A DNA stretch of 63,225 nucleotides, filler included, from Nemertoderma westbladi (Eukaryota > Animalia > Xenacoelomorpha), in the NCBI GenBank assembly GCA_032718475.1. It is 3 parts of 3 records of this genome, joined end to end, with 100 filler letters (N's around TTAATTAATTAA, not from the genome) between each part and the next. Parts side by side here need not be neighbours in the genome. Positions count along the whole stretch, not along the records: positions 1 to 28,071 come from JAUCBJ010005704.1; 2 more parts are not named here. One strand, 5' to 3'. The position numbers and the translations under genes are program-made. The notes under the pieces are model-generated. The model saw nothing but the letters and a program-made list of their open reading frames with translations, was not told the origin of the DNA and ran no database searches. This document shows positions 11,591-25,356 of the stretch, piece by piece; the stretch's first letter is position 1; the number at the start of each line of letters is the position of its first letter.

Positions 11591-14500
11591 TAGTACCCTG
11601 AAGCTATACCTACTCTTCTGATGGATGCCAACACTGACCTAGGAAACTCTCATGGCCCACGTTTCTCTCGTTCTAAGCCAAATCGAAATGGCTTGCCTTT
11701 TACCAGGTTCCTGAACTCAAACAATATATCTGCTGTAGACACAATGGCAATGAATACACTGACAAAATGAGTGAAATCCTATTTACCGAGAGCACACAGT
11801 GCATTGTAACAAATGGGAAACTAATAACAAAGAACCTACGTATCCGAAAACGAAAATTTAGCCACGGTCAAGGAAGCATCGAAGAACTTGTTTAAAATCT
11901 GGAAGTCCACACCAAAAACTCAGAAGAATACAGGGAAGCCTTCATGGAGTCAAGAAAAACTTATAAAAGCATGGGAAGAAGACTAATATACAATCAGATG
12001 AATAAACAAATGAACAAAAATGCATCTTGTTACAGGTCCTGGCACGTTTTGGAAATTCTTTTCTAAGAAGAAGGGGATTAAGACAGTCCCTACTAATTCT
12101 AAACAGAAGCTGCGAACCTAATTTAAAGATACTTTCCAATATCCAAAGAAGACAGGTGATGAATCCTTAAAAGATGAAATAAACAAACGTTGCATTGCCA
12201 GTGAACTACCAACATTATGTATTCCATGAATCAGAGCAGCGGTGGAATCTTTAAACCGGAATAAAGCACCAGATAAGAATAACTTAACAGCGGAGCACCT
12301 TTTTCACTCAGACTCAGTCATGATCTGTTCCTCACTTTTCTGCATCTTTCAATGTTCACTTAATCTTGGAAAATGCCCTCAACTCTTTGGCCAATCAGTA
12401 CTCTCGCCTATTTACAAGGGGAAACGCAAGGATCCAAACGTTTCAAATTCGTACAGACCAGTTTGTAACATAAACATATTCGCCAAGATTTTTGAGGCTA
12501 TAGTTTTAGCAAATTTTTTCCATTGTATAAAACCCAGCAGTGCTCAGTTGTCATACCTGCCTCAGATTAGGGCAGACATTATATTTGGTGCAATTTTAGA
12601 ACAGATCGAATTTATGAGAGAATGTGGGTCAGACGTCTTCCTTCATATGTTAGATGGATATCTCCCAGGCATTTGATCGAGTTCAACATGGAAAGCTATT
12701 TGAAATGCTATCTGATATAATTAATCCTCATGTATGTAGAGTTCTAATGTACTACTATGATATATCCATGATTTTCCTACGATTTGATGGCTACACTGAT
12801 GCTGTTGGATTCAGAACAGAGATCGGTGTGAAACAAGGTTCCCTTATCAGTCCTACCCTCTTCAACTATTATATACGCCAAATCCACACTCATAAATCCA
12901 AATATTGTAATCAACACTCGGATATAAATAATGACATATTATCTGAAGAAACAGGTTGTTTCACAATATCGAATGCTGAGAATATTTTTATTATAAGCGG
13001 GTTTAAATCAATGATTCAAGATGAAATACACAGAATCAGAGCAAGTCTAATGGAACTGGGAATGGAAATCGACAGAGCCAAATCAAGCTGGATCATGCTG
13101 AGTGGGAAGAAATCTGCAAATCAACATCCGCTTTTCCTTAACTTTTCGAAAGTACTAATTCCAGAAGCAACAGAGCATTTAAAGTTCCTTGGCTACATTA
13201 TCCCACTAAACAAAGAAATACTAACCAAGGAATGTCTTCGGTGGCCAATCATACTAGCAGAGTCATTTCAATCTCTAGGATGGACAGCAAAATGGGTACC
13301 AATCGAAACCCTGGCAAATCTATGGAAATCCTATGCAATGCCAGTTTTCCGTTACTTTATGCCCATGTATATTGAATGGTTTACTGTGAAGTGTGAAAGA
13401 AAAAGAAACTTTAGATATAAAGTACAGAAACGCTCTCAGGAAGCACCTTCATCTTGATGGTTGCAAAATCCCCACAAATATGATATATATACTCTTTCAA
13501 GTGGAATCTCTGATTAATGATACTTACCAACACACATTGCGATTGCTCCAATGATCTTCCCAGACTCCTTATCCACTCATTCAACAGACTATCTGCACCA
13601 CTGGTTCATTGACTAAAGAAAAGTTGTATTTGGGATCCTGTGCAACTTATAAAGCATGCGTGGATACACATGGAGTGCCTTCACATACTTCGATTTTCAG
13701 GCACAAATATCATCTAAAAACTTTATTTAAGGAAATCAGCTTGGGACCATTAGGATCTTGCGAACAAAGACACCTAGACTTTATCATATCAGCCTATAAT
13801 TTGAAGATTAAGTTCTCACGCAGAATCAACATTATAAAAAATTTCCTGGAAGCTCTTGGGGGATAATATGATTTGCTTTTTAGTTATGCTATGTGTAACG
13901 TTTTATCTGAGATCTTAAGAAATAAATGCCAGCTAGACTGCCGCCGCGCGCCTCTTGGTGCTCCCTACTATTAAACTTATTTTCTAAATGTTGTTCGACT
14001 TCCACAGTTATTATAACCCGATCGTCGACTCAAGGTCATTTTATACTTTAAATGTGGCGCATCAATCTATAAGAGTATCTCTGGTCCTATTTTCTGGAAA
14101 TTGCGCTACCAAATAAAATTTGTAAGGCAAAAAATAAACAAATTTTTAAAAACCTCCTTAAATAAGTATCAGATGGACCATCTCAAATTTATGGCTTAGG
14201 GACATACTGAGAAATAATGTTCATTGCGATACGAAGTTGAAATATTTCAGCCTGGTGATTTGGTAGTGCGAAATTAATTCCACACAAACGGCTCCAATGA
14301 AATTGTCATTAATAACAAAGTGGATTGAGATTTTACAACGTATGAAGGTGTAAATAAAAAAATTGCGACAAAACACGGCTTAGCTATAGATGTCGAAAAA
14401 GGTATTGCATGGCCATCAAGGCTTTTTACAGTAAATATTTTCATATCTACCTGATAGAAACTCTTTAGCGTTATGAATGGTCGAATTTTATTAAGAACCG

Positions 14501-15135
14501 CAAAACATGTCAGTTAATAATATCAGGGGTTCCTGGATGCCACGATTAATGATGCAATTCAAGCCTTTCCTACTCGTAAAGATTACTCCAAAAGCTCTTG
14601 GGACCGCCTGATTGTGACCAGCGGGTTCCAATAATTATTTTTAATTCATTACATTTAACAAAGCATAGTGACAGTTATCATGCCTGGCTGCAGAAATTTA
14701 CAATTTTTTAATCCATCAGAATTGGATTGAAGTTGACGGTTAAATGATGAAGGAGTGTTGACAAACCCTCTCATTTACTAGCGTCTCTTTAAGTGATTAA
14801 GGAAAGCCACATAATCAATAAATGGCGGAAAATAAAGTAAGGAAAATGGCCTGCGAAAGTACAACCATATCGTGGTAAAAACAGTGTCTTAATTTAGTTA
14901 GTAATTACCACGTGGTTTATTGTATTCCAAGTGAAATTTTTTAGCATAAAAAGCAGTTTTACGTTTCATATCAATATTGTTGTCTAAACAATACATGTGG
15001 AATATAGAAAAAAACGAATGACAACGAAATATCTATTTATTTACTTCAATTGTTGTAATCTATCTCTAAAGGTTAATTAAAATAAGAAAAAAATAATTAA
15101 TTAAATAAGTTAGAAATCATACGTACTACACAGTA

Positions 15136-15635
15136 CGCCATGTCCTGGAATATAGTGTCGTTATTCAGGTACATGCCCCCCCCCCCCCAAATTTTTCTAC
15201 AAATCTTAATGAGATTGCATAAAATTTGAAACAGAGATAGTTTCACCTCCCTCCTCCTCCGTGGGTGAGCCAGAACTTTTATTTTTGCTTTCAATATTTA
15301 GCTACAAGCGTTAGGAAAAAGGTGTCTCCATCGATATTGCACCAGTTGCACCGCAGTTATTCTTCAAACATTTAGTGCTTAGTTAGTACTAGTGGAAAGC
15401 TGACCGTGCAAGGATTCCAAATATGTAAAAATATTTGAATTTGGTTGGGAAATAGCTGAGTTATGGGCATTCGAATTTTGCATGTATTTGCTTCCGCTGC
15501 AGGCCATTTATTCTATTAATAAATACACAACGTTCTAGAACATTTTGTTTATCTCATAAGTAGCTTGGCAACAATGCAATGCCTACATAGTAATACTAGT
15601 ATATGGATATTCATACATAATCAAAATGTTCTTAA
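15136..15635 (+). mobile_element. Partial MITE of the same family as 29378-30125
   Basis: Shares CCATG.CC...AATATAGTGTC terminus, poly-C, GGAAAGCT..CAAGGATTCCAAATATGTAA and CAGGCCATTTATTCTATT blocks. Confidence 0.7.
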
Positions 15636-15800
15636 AATATTTTAAATATATTTTTTTTAATATTTAAAAAAATATTTTTAAGAAAAAGCAAACAATTCCT
15701 GTTTACGATTATGTCATAATGCTTAACTTGCCAGTCACTAAGAATCTAATATATTAATAACGTCGTGAAAATAATGTTTCATATAATAGTAAAACTACAA

Positions 15801-15915
15801 ATTGCATGCTAAAATAACGTGGAATACTCTCGCTTCATTATTAACCTCGCTACGCTCGGTAATTAGCATACCTCCAGTATAGTGATAATAATGTTCGACC
15901 TTATTTACCATGCAA
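15801..15915. repeat. Decayed palindromic element with central CCTCGCTACGCTCGG
   Basis: Arms ATTGCATG.TAAA / TTTACCATGCAAT; centre matches the centre at ~29181-29198. Confidence 0.55.
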
Positions 15916-16697
15916 TAAATAAATTATTTATTGTTCAGGGAGGAAAAACCTCCAAACTTTATATGTGGGACGAATGGTTAAGTTTTATATACATTGTACT
16001 TAGATTTACAGTTAGCGTACAGTATGATATACTAATTGTACGCCTTTCGGAAATCGCCTTGAGAAGCCTAGAGCAGGGCATAACTAAATCAATTATTTAT
16101 CTAGTGTAACCAACGTTCACCGAGGATGTAATGTGCGCCAACGTGCTTATAACTGGCGTGATTTAAACAGCGACAAAACGCAACATAACACTCTATCGGA
16201 TAACCAGGCGTCTCACGTCTGCGTTAAAACGCCAAACAATCACCAGCCCATCGCCGGCGTTCATATCATCTGGTGTAAAAACTCACCAGCGCCATACAAC
16301 GCTTGCATGGCGCTGGCGAATCTTCCAATGCGGTAGGATATAAATAGACAGCCTATGTAACGTACTTTATGTACATTTACGGTATCTGCAAAAGTTATCT
16401 ACAGTATATGCAGATTAGGTTACTGACTCACTGAAGCATACTATAGTTGCGGTGATGTGAATTCCAACAAGATGAGCTCATAAAATATTCATGTGTATAT
16501 CACTCTCAATATACTTCATTTTAATGGGAAATATACTCGAAATGTCGATCTAAGGAGGAGGAAACACCATCAAGACAAAGACTACTTTTAATGTATCTTC
16601 CGTATTCCATTAGTTTATGTTAAATTGTAAAAGAAACTGTAGTAATAGGAATAGTAATGAGAATTTGAAAGAAAATATATTTACACCTGCCGAAAAT

Positions 16698-19127
16698 TGT
16701 GAGATCTGGGGGCGGATTGCTGGGTCTACCGGTACTGTGTGTGGCTGACCGTAATATCTGGGGCGCCATGTTGCTGGTTCCGCCGGCACTGTGTGCGGCT
16801 GAACGTGAGATCTGGGGCGCCATGTTGCTGGTTCCGCCGGCACTGTGTGTGGCTGACTGTGAAATCTGGGGGCGCTATGTTGCTGGGTATGCTGGCACTG
16901 TGTATGGCTGACTGTGAGATCTGGGGCGCTATGTTACTGGGTCCACCGGCAGTATGTATGGCGGCCATGAGATCAGGGGGCGGGTTGCTGGGTCTACTGG
17001 TACTGTGTGTGGCTAACCGTGAGATCTGGAGGCGCGTTGCTGGTTCCGCCGGCACTGTGTGTGGCTGACCGTGAGATCTGGGAGCGGGTTGCTGGGTCTA
17101 CCGGTACTGTGTGTGGCTAACCGTGAGATCTGGAGGCGGGTAGCTGGTTCCGCTGGCACTGTGTGTGGCTGACTGTGAGATCTGTGAGCACCATGTTGCT
17201 GGTTCCGCCGGCACTGTGTATGGCTGACTGTGAGATCTGGGGCGCTATGTTACTGGGTCCGCCGGCACTATGTATGGCGACCGTGAGATCAGGGGGCGCT
17301 AAGTTGCTGGGTCCGCTGGCACTGTGTATGGCTGACTGTGAGATCTGGGGTGCTATGTTACTGGGTCCGCCGGCACTATGTATGGCGACCGTGAGATCAG
17401 GGGGCGCTAAGTTGCTGGGTCCGCTGGAACTGTGTATAGCTGACCGTGAAATCTGGGGGCGCTAAGTTGTTGGGTCCGCTGGCACTGTGTGTGGCTGACT
17501 GTGAGATTTGGGAACTCTATGTTACTTGGTCCGCCGGCACTATGAATGGCTGACTGTGAGATCTGGGGGCACGAAGTTGTTGGTTCCGGCGGCACCGTGT
17601 GTGGCTGACCGTGAGATCTGGAGGTGCTATGTTGCTGGGTCCGCCGGCACTGTGTGTGTGTGTATGGCTGACCGTGAGATCTGGGGCGCTATGTTGCTAG
17701 GTTCGCCTGCACTGTGTGTTTATGGCTGACCGTGAGATCTGGGGGCGCTATGTTGTTGGGTCCGCCGGCACTGTGTATGGCTGGCTGCGAGACCTGGGGG
17801 CGCTAAGTTGTTGGGTCCGCCAGCACTGTGTGTGGCTGACTGTGAGATCTGGGGGCGCTATGTTGCTAGGTACGCCGGCACTGTGTGTGTATAACTGACC
17901 GTGAGATCTGGGGGCTCTATGTTACTGGGTCCGCCTGCACTGTGTAGTGTGTATGGCTGGCCGCGAGATCTGGGGGCGCTAAGTTGTTGGGTCCGCTGGC
18001 ACTGTGTGTGGCTGTCTGTGAGATTTGGGAACTCTATGTTACTGGGTCCGCCGGCACTATGAATGGCTGACTGTGAGATCTGGGGGCGCGAAGTTGTTGG
18101 TTCCGCCGGCACTGTGTGTGGCTGACTGTGAGATCTGGAGGTGCTATGTTGCTGGGTCCGCCGGCACTGTGTGTGTGTATGGCTGACCATGAGATCTGGG
18201 GCGCTATGTTGCTAGGTCCGCCTGCACTGTGTGTTTATGGCTGACCGTGAGATCTGGGGGCGCTATGTTGTTGGGACCGCCAGCCAGCACTGTGTATGGC
18301 TGGCCGCGAGACCTGGGGGCGCTAAGTTGTTGGGTCCGCCAGCACTGTGTATGGCTGACTGTGAGATCTAGGGGCTCTATGTTACTGGGTCCGCCTGCAC
18401 TATGTAGTGTGTATGGCTGACCGTGAGATCTGGGGGCGCTAAGTTGTTGGGTCCGCCAGCACTGTGTGTGGCTGACTGTGAGATCTGGGGGCGCTATGTT
18501 GCTGGGTACGCCGGCACTGTGTGTGTATATCTGACCGTGAGATCTGGGGGCTCTATGTTACTGGGTCCGCCTGCACTGTGTAGTGTGTATGGCTGGCCAC
18601 GAGATCTGGGGGCGCTAAGTTGTTGGGTCCGCTGGCACTGTGTGTGGCTGTCTGTGAGATTTGGGAACTCTATGTTACTGGGTCCGCCGGCACTATGAAT
18701 GGCTGACTGTGAGATCTGGGGGCGTTATGTTGCTGGGTCCGCCGACACTGTGTGCGGCTGACTGTGAGATCTGGGGGCGCGAAGTTGTTGGTTCCGCCAG
18801 CACTGTGTGTGGCTGACCGTGAGATCTGGAGGTGCTATGTTGCTGGGTCTGCCGGCACTGTGTGTGGCTGACCGTGAGATCTGGAGGTGCTATGTTGCTG
18901 GGTCCGCCGGCACTGTGTGTGTGTATGGCTGACCATGAGATCTGGGGCGCTATGTTGCTAGGTCCGCCTGCACTGTGTGTTTATGGCTGACCGTGAGATC
19001 TGGGGGCGCTATGTTGTTGGGACCGCCAGCACTGTGTATGGCTGGCCGCGAGACCTGGGGGCGCTAAGTTGTTGGGTCCGCCAGCACTGTGTGTGGCTGA
19101 CTGTGAGATCTGGGGGCGCTATGTTGC
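16698..19127. repeat. GC-rich minisatellite, ~55-bp unit (GTGAGATCTGGGGGCGCTATGTTGCTGGGTCCGCCGGCACTGTGTGTGGCTGACC), about 40-45 copies with higher-order blocks
   Basis: Direct tandem periodicity. Confidence 0.95.
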
Positions 19128-20554
19128 AGTGCAAATTATTTCCACATAAATGAATAAAAATATTTCGTTATTCTAGAATAGGCCTTTAAAACGCCTTTGT
19201 AAATATAAAATACTAAATAATAGGAAATCATGCTATTTGATAGATTCTACTTTTTTTTATGTGTTAGAAGCAGTAACAAGAAAACAGACTGTACAAACTG
19301 AAAGTAAGACGAAATGGGGTGAAACAAAAAACCTCTCCCTAAAATTGTTGTCATTGGGGGGTTTGAATAAAAACAACTTAGTGGCTTTAACTAACTTAAT
19401 GGCTTTTACCAAGAGAGCATAAAACAAAGACAGAAGACCCAAGACCCTATTAAGTAACCTGCATAATCTTGTAAAATGTGTTAACTTTCATTTATTATTT
19501 TCAGTATAACCTGCTCCTTTACTAACCTACTCCTATATACGGCAACAGGACATAACGCTCTTTGGGACCTGTACAAAACAAAGAGGTAAAGTCGCGTTAG
19601 GTCCCAAAGAGAATTAGGTCCCATTACGATTTAAGGAGCAGGCTAGAGAGGCGTTCTGTGGGAACCAAAACAATTATCGAAAGTTTGTGTTTTATACAGG
19701 TCTTTATTATTTGGGTCTTTGTTTTGTACTGTACTCACTCACCCGGCTTTTATCTCTATTATTATCTGTTACCATCATCGCCCTGCCACATCTAACTAGA
19801 AAATTTAAAATTAGCACAGCTCGTTATGGTTTTAATATTCTAGAACATGTTGGCAATGTTAATTAAATTAATATCATATAATGGTCGCTACTATGTTGAA
19901 AAACATAAATTTTTACTGGCTATAAAAAAGATATCGTCTCTGAGAAATACATTAAATAATACTTATTTGAAAAATAATATATTTTTTTAGAATACCTTTT
20001 TCTCACTAATACTGTATTTTTAAAATTGATTTAATTAATCGGTACTACTATGTTATGGGTACCCACTTTTTGACCAATTTTTTTCTTATGAAAATGGCTT
20101 TTACTATGAGGTTTTTTGTTCTAGAACAAATATTTGACCTTCTGACAGTTAGTTGGTAGCTATAAATTTTTATTTTCGTGTTAGCTATTTTCGTGCTGGC
20201 TTTAAGCATGAGAGTTTTTGTATTAGAATAAATATTTGAAAATCTGACAGTAAGATGGTAGCTAGTAATTTTGATTTTGTGTTAGCTAATACTTTTTATT
20301 AGCTAGATAAAAAAATAAAAAATATAATTTAATCCTCAATTACATTTATGTGGAATAATTTATGAGTAATGGTAGCTAGTAATTTGAATTTTATAGCCAG
20401 GGGGTTATAGCTGTAAAAATACAGTTAATATTATTCATGTTGTCAATCAAGTTGTGTAAATGTAAATGTAAAATTATGTATATTTTTTATTACACTCAGT
20501 CAGAAATATAAATTACTATACCGGTACCGTTGCTTACAAGACTGTTTATCATGT

Positions 20555-21620
20555 TTAATAATATTTCTTTATCATTTCAAGGGCATCCAAAAATGGCGTT
20601 TTCTTGTGGAGTTGACGCCAACAGAATTCTGTTAAGTGATGTTTCACCAACTCCTCACGAGTACCACGCTTTTTTAGCATTATAGTTTGCTTTGTATGGG
20701 ACCACATGACTTCAATGCGTTGCGTATTACAGCCAGTGAACGGATCTACAAACCTCCCCCTTCTTTTTTTTGTATCCAAGTAAACTTTTTCTTGGTCTTT
20801 TTCTTAGAGTGACAGACTGACGAATGTGTATATGTTCCGCTACCGTCTACACATTTCCATTGTTTTTTTTCGTTGGTTATTCCTTGATTAGTGCCACAAT
20901 AGGCACTCCATTCATCGGTTTGTATGTGGCTTCCACCCTTGACATTTTTTTCTATAATTGGTCGCAGAGTGCGCGCATCTCTGCGTGCAACACGGAACAG
21001 ACGTATATCTGTCTCCCCAGAAGCCAAAACACAAACCATCCCAAACACCCATGGACCAACAACCCGATTTCCATAATTCCACTTTGCTGACGGCACTGCA
21101 TCTCCAAGTAATTTCCAATCTCTTTTATACTTCCTTCTTCCCCTGAAAAACGACTCATCAATCTGCACGATTTGGCCTGGCCCACCCATTGGTTTAGCAT
21201 TGGCCAATTCCTTGTGCATAACCACACGAATATAATTGTGCCAATCGACAATGACAACATCGTTTGATGAGCCCATTTGGTCTCCTAAAAGCTTATGTGT
21301 AAGCTTGAAGGACCATTCGGCAATGGAGGAGAAGAGGAGCCAAATAATTTGTCTTACAAGTAAGTGGCTTCCCCCAAACCATGTTCCATTACGTGCACTA
21401 ATTCGATGTCGCGATTTTTCTTTGCAATGCCACATTAATCGTGGAAACCCATACTTATTCCAAACTGTTAATGATGCCGGAGATTCACAAGTTTTGCATG
21501 ATTTCTTTGAATCCATGGGGGTAAAAGCCCTTGAGATTGTGCATATTTAATTGCGTCACCTTCAATTTCATTAAATTTCACAAATTCATTCACAGTAGGG
21601 TCATGTATAGAGGCAAATGA
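20555..21620 (-). pseudogene. Merlin transposase (ISXO2/IS1595-type DDE), frameshifted
   Basis: GPGQIVQIDES, WVFGMV, RDARTL.PII, IQTDEWSAY, VCHS, FVDPFTGCNTQRIE.MWS; N-terminal CxxC. Confidence 0.9.
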
Positions 21621-21626
21621 AAGGTA

Positions 21627-24600
21627 CAGTAATACGGGGTGACTTGATACATTGAGGTGACTTGATACAGCAAGTTATACTTTTTTCTTTAACGGATTGT
21701 GGGTGATTGCGTGATGTTATGATAAAAATTGAAATATTAGAAGATGTCTGAATAAATTGTCTGTAAATATTAAAATAAATTTTGTCATTGCTTCGCATTT
21801 GTGATCACTAGAGCCAAAAATGCATTTTTCAAAAATTCACTTTTTTTCAATGTCAAAATATATGTCGAATTTTTGACACTTTGGGTTAATGTTGTTCAAA
21901 AATTATTTTTACAGATGCTAATAGATGTCTTTGAATATTATGATCCTAAAAATTTTTTACACATTTTCATATGAATTGGGGGTGGAGTGCCCGTTTTTTG
22001 AAAGTGTGTCTCAAAATGGGGTGACTTGATACATATTGGTTAACTGTAAATCATAGCCTCTTCGGCAGTAGGGTATATTGCAGTATTGTAGGCCAAAATG
22101 CTCTGCTACCTGTGACTACAGTCTGATAGTAGGAACTATTGCAGTATTAATGGAAGTACCGGTACACTAGTAGGTCTATCAGTCTATTTTAAATTATTAT
22201 GATATTACAATGTTTATCAACTGATAGTACAGTGTTAACTTAACCATCAATCGATAATGCCACGAAGATATAAACGAAAAATCGGTAGTAAATATGCTCT
22301 CAACAATCCGGCAGATGTGGAGAAAGCTGTTAATGCGGTGACAGCATACAAAATGACCCTTCGAGAAGCCGCCTCGAAATAAGATTTCACATACAATAAG
22401 AAAGGTTCACGAAAAATCTTACGGCGGCCAAACCGCGCTATCTACCAAAGAGGAGGAAATCATAAGAGATAAAATCATACTCCTCGCAGAATGGGGATTA
22501 CCCATAGATCTACACGAAATACGTCTATTTATTAGTGGATATTTAGAAAGCCTAGGAAAGCAAATAAAACAATTTAAAGATGGAACAAAACCTGGTAAAG
22601 ACTGGGTCGAGCCTTTTATGAAACGCCATGGGAAGAAAGGAGGCCTGACAGTTAGGTTGTGCCAAAATTTGAAAAGGGTAAAAGCTAAGGTAGAACCCAG
22701 TTCAATCAATGATTATTTTAAAGAGTTGGAAGTTTCATTAGAAGGAGTGAAACCTTCTAATATGATAAATTATGACGAAACCAATTTCACGGATAATCCC
22801 TGCTCGAAAAAGGTTATCTGCAAGAGATCTGCGAAGCATCCTTATAATATTTTGGACGTTTCGAAATCCAGTATATCTGTGATGTTTGCTGGAACTGCTT
22901 CTGGGGACCTGTTAGAGCCATACGTAATCTACAAGGGATTATGCCTATGGAAACTGTGGACCCTAGGGGGTCCACCAAATACCGTCTACAATAGAACAAC
23001 ATCAGGGTGGATCGACTTAAGAACATTCGAAGATTGGTTTGATAGTGTTATCATACGCTATTTCAATAATGTTCCAAAAGATGAGCCCAAAGTGATTATT
23101 GGAGATAATCTCTCATCCCATCTTTCCGTATCAGTGCTAAGTAAATGCGAAGAATTGAACATTCGGTTTGTTTTCTTACCTGGGAATACAACCCATCTAA
23201 CCCAACCACTCGATATTGCCTTTTTTGGGCCCCTGAAACGAAAATGGAAAGCAATTATATATCACTATAAAACAACTAATCCTGGTAATACAATAGCAAA
23301 GACTGAATTCCCAGGAAAATTAGAAGAAGTTCTTACTGCGATTGAAAAAGAAAAAGAAACAAATCTGAAGAGTGGGTTCGAGAAAAGTGGGATTCATCCA
23401 CTAAATCCAACCAAAGTTTTGGAACAACTTCCACCTGAAGCTCAAAGAACTATCGGTAATGAATCTGAAGCATTTGAAGCAACGGAAACTATTATTGAGA
23501 ACAGTTTAATTAGATATCTACAAGAAGTCCGTTACAAACCAAAAGAAGGGAATCGAAGAGGTGGCAGAAATAAGAAACTGAATGTTCCCCCAGGAAGGAG
23601 TGTCCGTAGCTCTGACATCAATGAAGAACCTGAAGCGCCTGTTAGAAAAGGGAGGAAACGAGCGGCAGTTGTCAAAGTTTTGTCATCATCACGTATTGGT
23701 GACGCCAATGAAGCTGAACCTGATATGCCTGTTAGAAGAGGCAGGAAACGAGCAGCAGTTGTCAAAGATTCGTCATCATCACGTATCTGTGACGTCAATG
23801 AAGCTGAACCCGAAGCACCACATGTTAGAAGAGACGGGAAACGAGTAGTGGTTATCGAAGATTCACCATCAGAATCAGAAGATTTGTCCATGACATCATT
23901 CTCATCATCATCTACATTGGCAGCCATGGATGAAGAGACAGACACTAATGATAATAGCGTTAATGAAAGTGATGATGATATATATGACAATAGAGATAGC
24001 GAAAGTGATGATGGTATATATGATAGTAGTGATAGCGAAAGTGATGATGGTATTGATATTTACTGCTGTAGTAAATGCGAAGTGAAGTTTTATCCTAAAG
24101 ATTACAACAATTGTGTGGGTTGCGATACATGCAACCGATGGTATCACAAAACTTGCACTAATCGCTTCACTGACGAGGATACAGATATCGAGTCTACGCA
24201 GTTCTTTTGCGATTATTGTAGCAGTAAAAACTAGTATAGCTTACATTGCAATTCATTAGCTTATATGCTTTAAACTGTAATGACTGAAAGACGATACATG
24301 CAACCGATGGTACCGAATCAAAAACTTACACTAATCGCTTCAACCACGAGGATACAGATATTGACTATTATTTGTATTGAGTCTACGCAGTTCTTTTGCG
24401 ATTATTGTAGCAGTAAAAACTAGTAGTATGCTTACATAGTAATTCATTACCTTATATGCTTTAAATTGTAACGACTGAAAGAATTGTAGTACAGTATATT
24501 GATAGATACCGACTGCAAACCTTTATTTTGCAACATTTGTGCTTAAATAGGGCCTACATTGATCTGTTAATTTAGTTTGCAGTATTTTTTTAAATTTTAT

Positions 24601-25356
24601 CTTACTTAATTAAACCTTGATTTTGCAAAATTTGTGCTTAAATTCATTGATTTAATTTTCAGTTTTTTCTAAAATGTCTTGCCTTACTTACTGGAGTTAG
24701 GATTTCACAATGCAATGAAAGTCTCTTTCGTTTTTAAAGTGCAATTTAACTTGTTAACTAGGCCTATTGTTATATTTTAGATTTTCTAAAATATTTTTTC
24801 ATCTTTACTTAAACCTTAAATTTGCAAAATTTGTGCTTATATTCATTGTTTTAGTTTGCAGTTTTTTTTAAAATGTATTGTCTTACTTATTGGTGTCATG
24901 ATGGCACTATGCAATGAAGGTCTTTTCCGTTTTTAAAGTGCAATTTAACTTGTTAAATATTAAATATTTTGTCATAAAAAATTGAGTTATTTTTTAATTT
25001 AGCCATAATTTTATATCCCCGTAAGGTGGGGGCTTCGTTCTTTTTTTAAAATTTCCAAGATGTATCAAGTCACCCCCACAGCCTACAACATGATCCAAAC
25101 TCATTCACAGAGTGGTATTATTGCGGAAAATTTGCTCGTGTATCCAGTCACCCCGTTAGGTGGGGTGACTTGATACAGCTGGTTTTAAAAAAAAAAACAC
25201 CACTAGACTAAGCACCTGAAATAGTGCTTTAGTCTAGTGGTGTAGTACTCATCCCGACTATAAAATTGTCTTTTTATTCCATCTGTGTAGGATAAAAACT
25301 TCAAAAGATATTTACAGTTAAAGGCAAAAACTGTATCAAGTCACCCCGTATTACGG
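21627..25356 (+). mobile_element. pogo/Fot-like (Tc1-mariner superfamily) DNA transposon
   Basis: TIRs CAGTAATACGGGGTGACTTGATACA / TGTATCAAGTCACCCCGTATTACGG flanked by TA (21625-21626, 25357-25358); subterminal copies of GGTGACTTGATACA. Confidence 0.92.
22257..24234 (+). pseudogene. pogo-type DD35D transposase with HTH domains and C-terminal PHD finger; N-terminus disrupted
   Basis: ATG at 22257 (MPRRYKRK..LREAASK*), CENP-B-like HTH (PGKDWV..FMKRH), NYDETN, GDNLSSH-x-QPLD with 35-aa spacing, acidic tract, C-terminal CxxC..CxxCxxWYHxxC..CxxC; ORF 22618-24234 is open. Confidence 0.88.

Larger units (their letters stand above)
8239..13928 (+). mobile_element. Decayed LINE (APE endonuclease + RT; RTEX/Proto2-like), interrupted by an insertion at ~10012-11590
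   Basis: Coiled-coil ORF1-like pieces 8239-9218. APE motifs RIASFNCHGL, LGLQEHWL, GKGGVA, resuming after the insertion as YPEAIPTLLMDANTDL (~11594-11641). RT motifs KAPD..LTAEHL, YKGK.KDP, YRPV, DISQAFDRV, GVKQGSLISP. YADD region is lost. AATAAA at ~13921. Confidence 0.75.

Noticed and set aside
16610-18698. Many short ORFs over the GC-rich array
   Set aside because: Repeat-derived and frameshifting with unit length; no domain signal
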